In this document: one piece after another, positions 60,551 through 64,000 of the stretch
How positions within the stretch are numbered: the stretch's first letter is position 1
How the letters are laid out: each line of letters starts with the position of its first letter
Assembly: GCA_965208885.1 (NCBI GenBank)
Contig: CBDBPS010000002.1
Coordinates: 1,237,750-1,301,749 of the forward strand
DNA from: Dehalococcoidia bacterium
Lineage (GTDB): Bacteria; Chloroflexota; Dehalococcoidia; UBA2979
DNA: 64,000 bases
Direction of reading: 5' to 3'
Position numbers and translations under genes: made by a program
Notes under the pieces: model-generated
Database searches by the model: none
Told to the model about the DNA's origin: nothing
Seen by the model: the letters and a program-made list of their open reading frames with translations, nothing else

Positions 60551-60985
60551 ATGCCTGGCGACGACCAGTTGCTCCAACGGATCACCGTTCTTTCGACTGT
60601 GCTCGACGGCAGGCCGTGCATCCGAGGTTCGCGAGTGACGGTAGAGTCCGTGCTGGATCGCCTGGCGCAGGGTGTCTCGCCCGAAGCGATCCTGATCGAC
60701 CACCCCGACCTCGAACTCGCCGACGTCTTCGCCTGCACGGCCTATGCCCAGAGGATCATCGCCGGCCACAGCCTACAGGTACACGCGGCGGGAGAGGGCG
60801 CTCAGACCGTCGAACACACATCGAGCGGCGGCGCGAAGGCGTCAGGTTCCTCTATATCGCTGCGGGAACTTGCGACCCGACCGCCCGAGGAGATTGACAG
60901 TGTGGTCCAAGCTGTCGGGATTGTCGTGGACGCCGACGAGATCGAGGCGTGGGACGGCACGGTGAGCGACGGTCTTGACGAGTGA
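60551..60985 (+). CDS. DUF433-domain protein (putative antitoxin-like)
   Basis: The DUF433 core 'RITVLSTVLDGRPCIRGSRVTVESVLDRLAQGVSPEAIL' with a roughly 60-aa C-terminal tail. Confidence 0.75.
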   Translation: MPGDDQLLQRITVLSTVLDGRPCIRGSRVTVESVLDRLAQGVSPEAILIDHPDLELADVFACTAYAQRIIAGHSLQVHAAGEGAQTVEHTSSGGAKASGSSISLRELATRPPEEIDSVVQAVGIVVDADEIEAWDGTVSDGLDE

Positions 60986-61364
60986 ACGGGGCCAATCACC
61001 GAGCGCTCGACCAACACGCGGCGAGGTCTGGCTGGTGCGTCTCCCGCGCGCTGTTGGAGCGGAGCTACAGCGCGACCGTCCGGTCATAGTCGTCCAATCG
61101 GCAATCTTTGATGCGGCGCCGGTGCGTATCATCGTGCCGCTCTCCCGCCGGCGAGAGCAGTTCGCCGGCGCGATCAACAAGGTGGATGTCGCAGCGAACG
61201 ACCAGAATGGCCTGGACGCGGACTCCATGGCCGACTTCTTGCAGGTCCGCAGCGTGGCGCTTGAGCGGTTCATCGAACGGCTGGGGAACGTCGAGACGGA
61301 TCTCGTCGACGAGATAGCGAGTGGTGTCGCGATCGCTATCAGCGGTGGGGCCGATCAGATGTAG
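60975..61364 (+). CDS. PemK/MazF-family toxin-like protein
   Basis: 'GEVWLVRLP...DRPVIVVQ...IIVPLS' matches the MazF fold. An 11-nt overlap with the upstream gene suggests coupling. Confidence 0.7.
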   Translation: MTSERGQSPSARPTRGEVWLVRLPRAVGAELQRDRPVIVVQSAIFDAAPVRIIVPLSRRREQFAGAINKVDVAANDQNGLDADSMADFLQVRSVALERFIERLGNVETDLVDEIASGVAIAISGGADQM

Positions 61365-61408
61365 CCTCCGTGGCCTCCGTCTCAGGCCTGGACGATCCGC
61401 CGAGGGTG

Positions 61409-61921
61409 CTACTCGGCTGGTACGGGGATGCCCTCGTGCGCCAGCATCCAGCGCTTGCGGTCCAGGCCGGACGCATAGCCGCCGAGCGAGCCGTCCGACG
61501 CGATCACGCGGTGGCACGGCACGACGATCGAGAGCGGGTTGCGGCCCACGGCACCGCCGACGGCGCGTGCGGCGCCCGGCTTACCGATCTCGAACGCGAT
61601 CTCACCGTACGAGGTCGTCGAGCCCGAGGGGATGGTCAGCAGCCAGTTCCAGACGCGCTGCTGGAACGCAGTGCCGCGCGGCGCGAGGGGCACGTTGAAG
61701 TCGCAGTCCCCCTCGTCGAACCACTCGGCGAGTGCTTCGATGGCCGGCGCGGCAGCCGCCGGGTCGTGGGCGACGGGCTCGCCGCTGTCGGCCCCGAGGC
61801 TGTGCACCTCGTCATCCAGCGAACGCTCGGTGGTGACGAAGTTGATGCGGTGCACTCCCTCGTCGGAGCCGCCGACGAAGAGCCGCCCGAGTTGGGTGTC
61901 GAGAAGGTCGTACCAGGCCAT
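61409..61921 (-). CDS. ogt: methylated-DNA--protein-cysteine methyltransferase
   Basis: Active site 'IVVPCHRVI' and 'YGEIA' motifs. ATG 61921 verified; the rest of the long track ORF 61409..63127 is antisense to the monooxygenase gene. Confidence 0.85.
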   Translation of the reverse strand: MAWYDLLDTQLGRLFVGGSDEGVHRINFVTTERSLDDEVHSLGADSGEPVAHDPAAAAPAIEALAEWFDEGDCDFNVPLAPRGTAFQQRVWNWLLTIPSGSTTSYGEIAFEIGKPGAARAVGGAVGRNPLSIVVPCHRVIASDGSLGGYASGLDRKRWMLAHEGIPVPAE

Positions 61922-62059
61922 GCGGGGCACCTCGGAGGTTCCGGGGGGAGAGGCTGCGATCATATCGCGCGAGGGCGCATGGCGGCGCAAGCATCGGGCC
62001 TTTCGTAGAGTGTGTCCCGACACCTCGCAGGTGCAGGGACGATTGTCGGGGAGCCTCGT

Positions 62060-63841
62060 ATGACGACAGCAACCGAACAGGCCCGCAGTTGGCTCGAGGA
62101 CTTCCAGGGCGCTCTTGAGCGCGGCGACGCGGCCGGGGTCGCATCGCTGTTCCACGCCGAGTCCTACTGGCGCGACCTCGTCGCGTTCACGTGGAACATC
62201 ACCACCATGGAGGGCCCGGACGACATCGCGGCGATGTTCGAGGCCAGCGGCGCGGCGGTCGCGGCGACCGATATCGAGATCGATGGAGAGGCCTCGGAGG
62301 GGGACGGCGTCGTCGAGGCGTGGTTCACCTTCGAGACGGCGGTCGGGCGCGGCAAGGGCTACGTGCGCATCCGCGACGGTCGCTGCTGGACGCTGCTCAC
62401 GACGCTGCAGGAGCTGCAGGGCTTCGAGGAGCAGCGGGGCCCCTCGCGCCCGCTCGGGGTGGAGCTCGGCGGCGTGAAGAACCGCGTCACCTGGCACGAA
62501 CGACGTCGCCGCGAGGAGGCGGAGCTGGGCTACACGACACAGCCGTACGTCGTGATCGTCGGCGGGGGGCAGGGCGGGATCGGGCTCGGTGCGCGGCTCC
62601 GCCAGCTCGGCGTGCCGACGATCATCGTCGAGCGCAGCGCGCGGCCGGGCGACTCGTGGCGCAACCGCTACGACTCGCTCACGCTCCACGACACGGTGTG
62701 GTTCGACCACATGCCGTACATTCCGTTCCCCGAGCACTGGCCCGTCTACACGCCCAAGGAGCAGATGGGCGACTGGCTGGAGATGTACACGAAGGTCATG
62801 CAGCTCAACTTCTGGGGCTCGACCGCATGCACGCACGCCAGCTACGACGAGGCCGCCGAGGAGTGGCGCGTCACGGTCGAACGCGAGGGCTCGACGGTGG
62901 TGCTCCGGCCGCGGCACCTCGTGCTCGCCACCGGGATGTCCGGGCTGCCGAACATCCCCGACATCCCGGGCGCGGACACGTTCGAGGGCGACCTGTACCA
63001 CTCCAGCCGCTACCAGGCGGGCGAGCCGTACCGGGGCAAGCGGTGCGTCGTGCTCGGCTCCAACAACTCGGCGCATGACATCGCGCAGGACCTGTGGGAG
63101 CACGACGCCGACGTGACCATGATCCAACGCTCGTCCACCACCGTGATACGGGGCGGACGCGGCGGCGGCGTCTCCAACTACTCCGAGTGGGCGGTGGAGC
63201 AGGGCATCACCACCGAGACCGCCGACCTCCTCGCTGCGTCGACGCCGTACCGGGTGGCGCCCGCGGCCGGCATCGAGGCGACGAAGCGGATGCGCGAGGC
63301 CGAGGCGGAGTACTACGCCCGCCTCGAGGGATCGGGGTTCCTGCTCGACTTCGGCGAGGACGAGAGCGGCGTCGGCATGAAGTACCAGCGCCGCGGGTCC
63401 GGCTACTACATCGACGTCGGCGCGTCGGAACTGATCGTGACCGGCGAGATCGCGCTCCGCACGCGCGTGAGCATCGAGCGCATCAACCCGCGCTCCGTCG
63501 TGCTCACGGATGGGACCGAGCTACCCGCGGACCTCGTCGTCTACGCGACGGGCTACGGCTCGATGAACGGCTGGGCCGCGCAGCTGATCTCGCAGGAGGT
63601 CGCCGATCGCGTGGGCAAGGTCTGGGGCCTGGGCTCCGAGACGGCGCTGGACCCCGGGCCGTGGGAGGGCGAGCTGCGCAACATGTGGAAGCCGACGCAG
63701 CAGCCGGGCCTCTGGTTCCACGGCGGCAACCTCGCGCAGTCACGGCACTACTCGAAGTACCTCGCGCTCCAGCTCAAGGCGCGCTACGAGGGCATCCCCA
63801 CACCGATCTACGCGCTGCCCCCGGTGCACCACCTGCTGTAG
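62060..63841 (+). CDS. flavin-containing monooxygenase / NAD(P)-FAD-dependent oxidoreductase
   Basis: 'VVIVGGGQGGIGLGARL' FAD motif, 'VVLGSNNSAHDIAQDL' second dinucleotide motif and 'ATGY' C-terminus. GGGGAG RBS. Confidence 0.85.
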   Translation: MTTATEQARSWLEDFQGALERGDAAGVASLFHAESYWRDLVAFTWNITTMEGPDDIAAMFEASGAAVAATDIEIDGEASEGDGVVEAWFTFETAVGRGKGYVRIRDGRCWTLLTTLQELQGFEEQRGPSRPLGVELGGVKNRVTWHERRRREEAELGYTTQPYVVIVGGGQGGIGLGARLRQLGVPTIIVERSARPGDSWRNRYDSLTLHDTVWFDHMPYIPFPEHWPVYTPKEQMGDWLEMYTKVMQLNFWGSTACTHASYDEAAEEWRVTVEREGSTVVLRPRHLVLATGMSGLPNIPDIPGADTFEGDLYHSSRYQAGEPYRGKRCVVLGSNNSAHDIAQDLWEHDADVTMIQRSSTTVIRGGRGGGVSNYSEWAVEQGITTETADLLAASTPYRVAPAAGIEATKRMREAEAEYYARLEGSGFLLDFGEDESGVGMKYQRRGSGYYIDVGASELIVTGEIALRTRVSIERINPRSVVLTDGTELPADLVVYATGYGSMNGWAAQLISQEVADRVGKVWGLGSETALDPGPWEGELRNMWKPTQQPGLWFHGGNLAQSRHYSKYLALQLKARYEGIPTPIYALPPVHHLL

Positions 63842-63909
63842 CGGGACAGCGCTGGCGCGCCATCACGTCTGGCGTACGATCGCGTCTGCGCGGGGCGATC
63901 GAGGCCGGG

Positions 63910-64000
63910 GAGGGCACCATGGCGCGGTGGGTGACGGTCATGCGGGTCGAGGAGCTGCCGCCGGACCGGCCGGTGACCGTGCGCGTGAACGAGCGCGATA
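63910..64000 (+). CDS. 3'-truncated ORF; the N-terminus resembles Rieske/NirD-like small ferredoxin subunits (very tentative)
   Basis: Only 30 codons are visible ('MARWVTVMRVEELPPDRPVTVRVNERD'). Confidence 0.3.

Noticed and set aside
61922-63127. Upstream 400 codons of the minus-strand track ORF 61409..63127
   Set aside because: Only the C-terminal 170 aa is the Ogt methyltransferase. The remainder is antisense to the flavin monooxygenase gene.

Overview
High-GC (about 68-70%) bacterial chromosome segment. Gene content and the repeat family suggest a Chloroflexota/Thermomicrobia-like or other high-GC lineage; this taxonomic guess is unverified. The six-frame track is dominated by spurious antisense ORFs, as expected at this GC, so calls below rest on recognisable protein families, third-codon-position GC and plausible RBS/start context. 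I found no rRNA, tRNA or CRISPR array.

Most of the window is housekeeping:
- An MFS transporter, an MBL-fold hydrolase and cinA.
- A MoxR-DUF58-membrane protein triad.
- murI-pyrF, followed by a complete F1Fo ATP synthase operon (atpZ/I-like, atpB, E, F, H, A, G, D, C), then murA, mreB and rex.
- lipB-lipA immediately upstream of a pyruvate dehydrogenase operon (homodimeric E1, E2, E3).
- trkH-trkA, an SPFH/NfeD pair, an ABC-2 exporter, a CoA-transferase, ogt and a flavin monooxygenase.

The parts worth a second look are:
1. A three-member family of membrane-anchored regulators with an N-terminal LuxR/GerE HTH, one TM helix, a Pro/Thr linker and a large extracytoplasmic sensor. Two members (6476..8478, currently frameshifted, and 50908..52518) carry a plant-type LRR sensor; the third (2285..3565) carries a different, lower-GC ectodomain. 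All three share a conserved, leaderless-looking promoter motif.
2. A small defence-like island. It contains an MmeI-family Type IIL restriction-modification fusion enzyme, followed by a PIN (VapC-like) gene flanked on both sides by paralogous genes for roughly 90-aa proteins of unknown family. A HicB-like small gene sits nearby, and a DUF433-MazF pair lies elsewhere in the window.
3. An IspH (LytB) gene whose reading frame continues upstream for about 250 codons. The extension contains a diverged tandem duplication of about 234 bp and is clearly coding (GC3 above 90%).
4. A family of GC-rich palindromic repeat elements with core CCCCTCACCCTCACCCTCTCCCCC-loop-GGGGGCGAGGGGATCAGATC. Single and multiple copies sit almost exclusively in divergent promoter regions at five or more loci.
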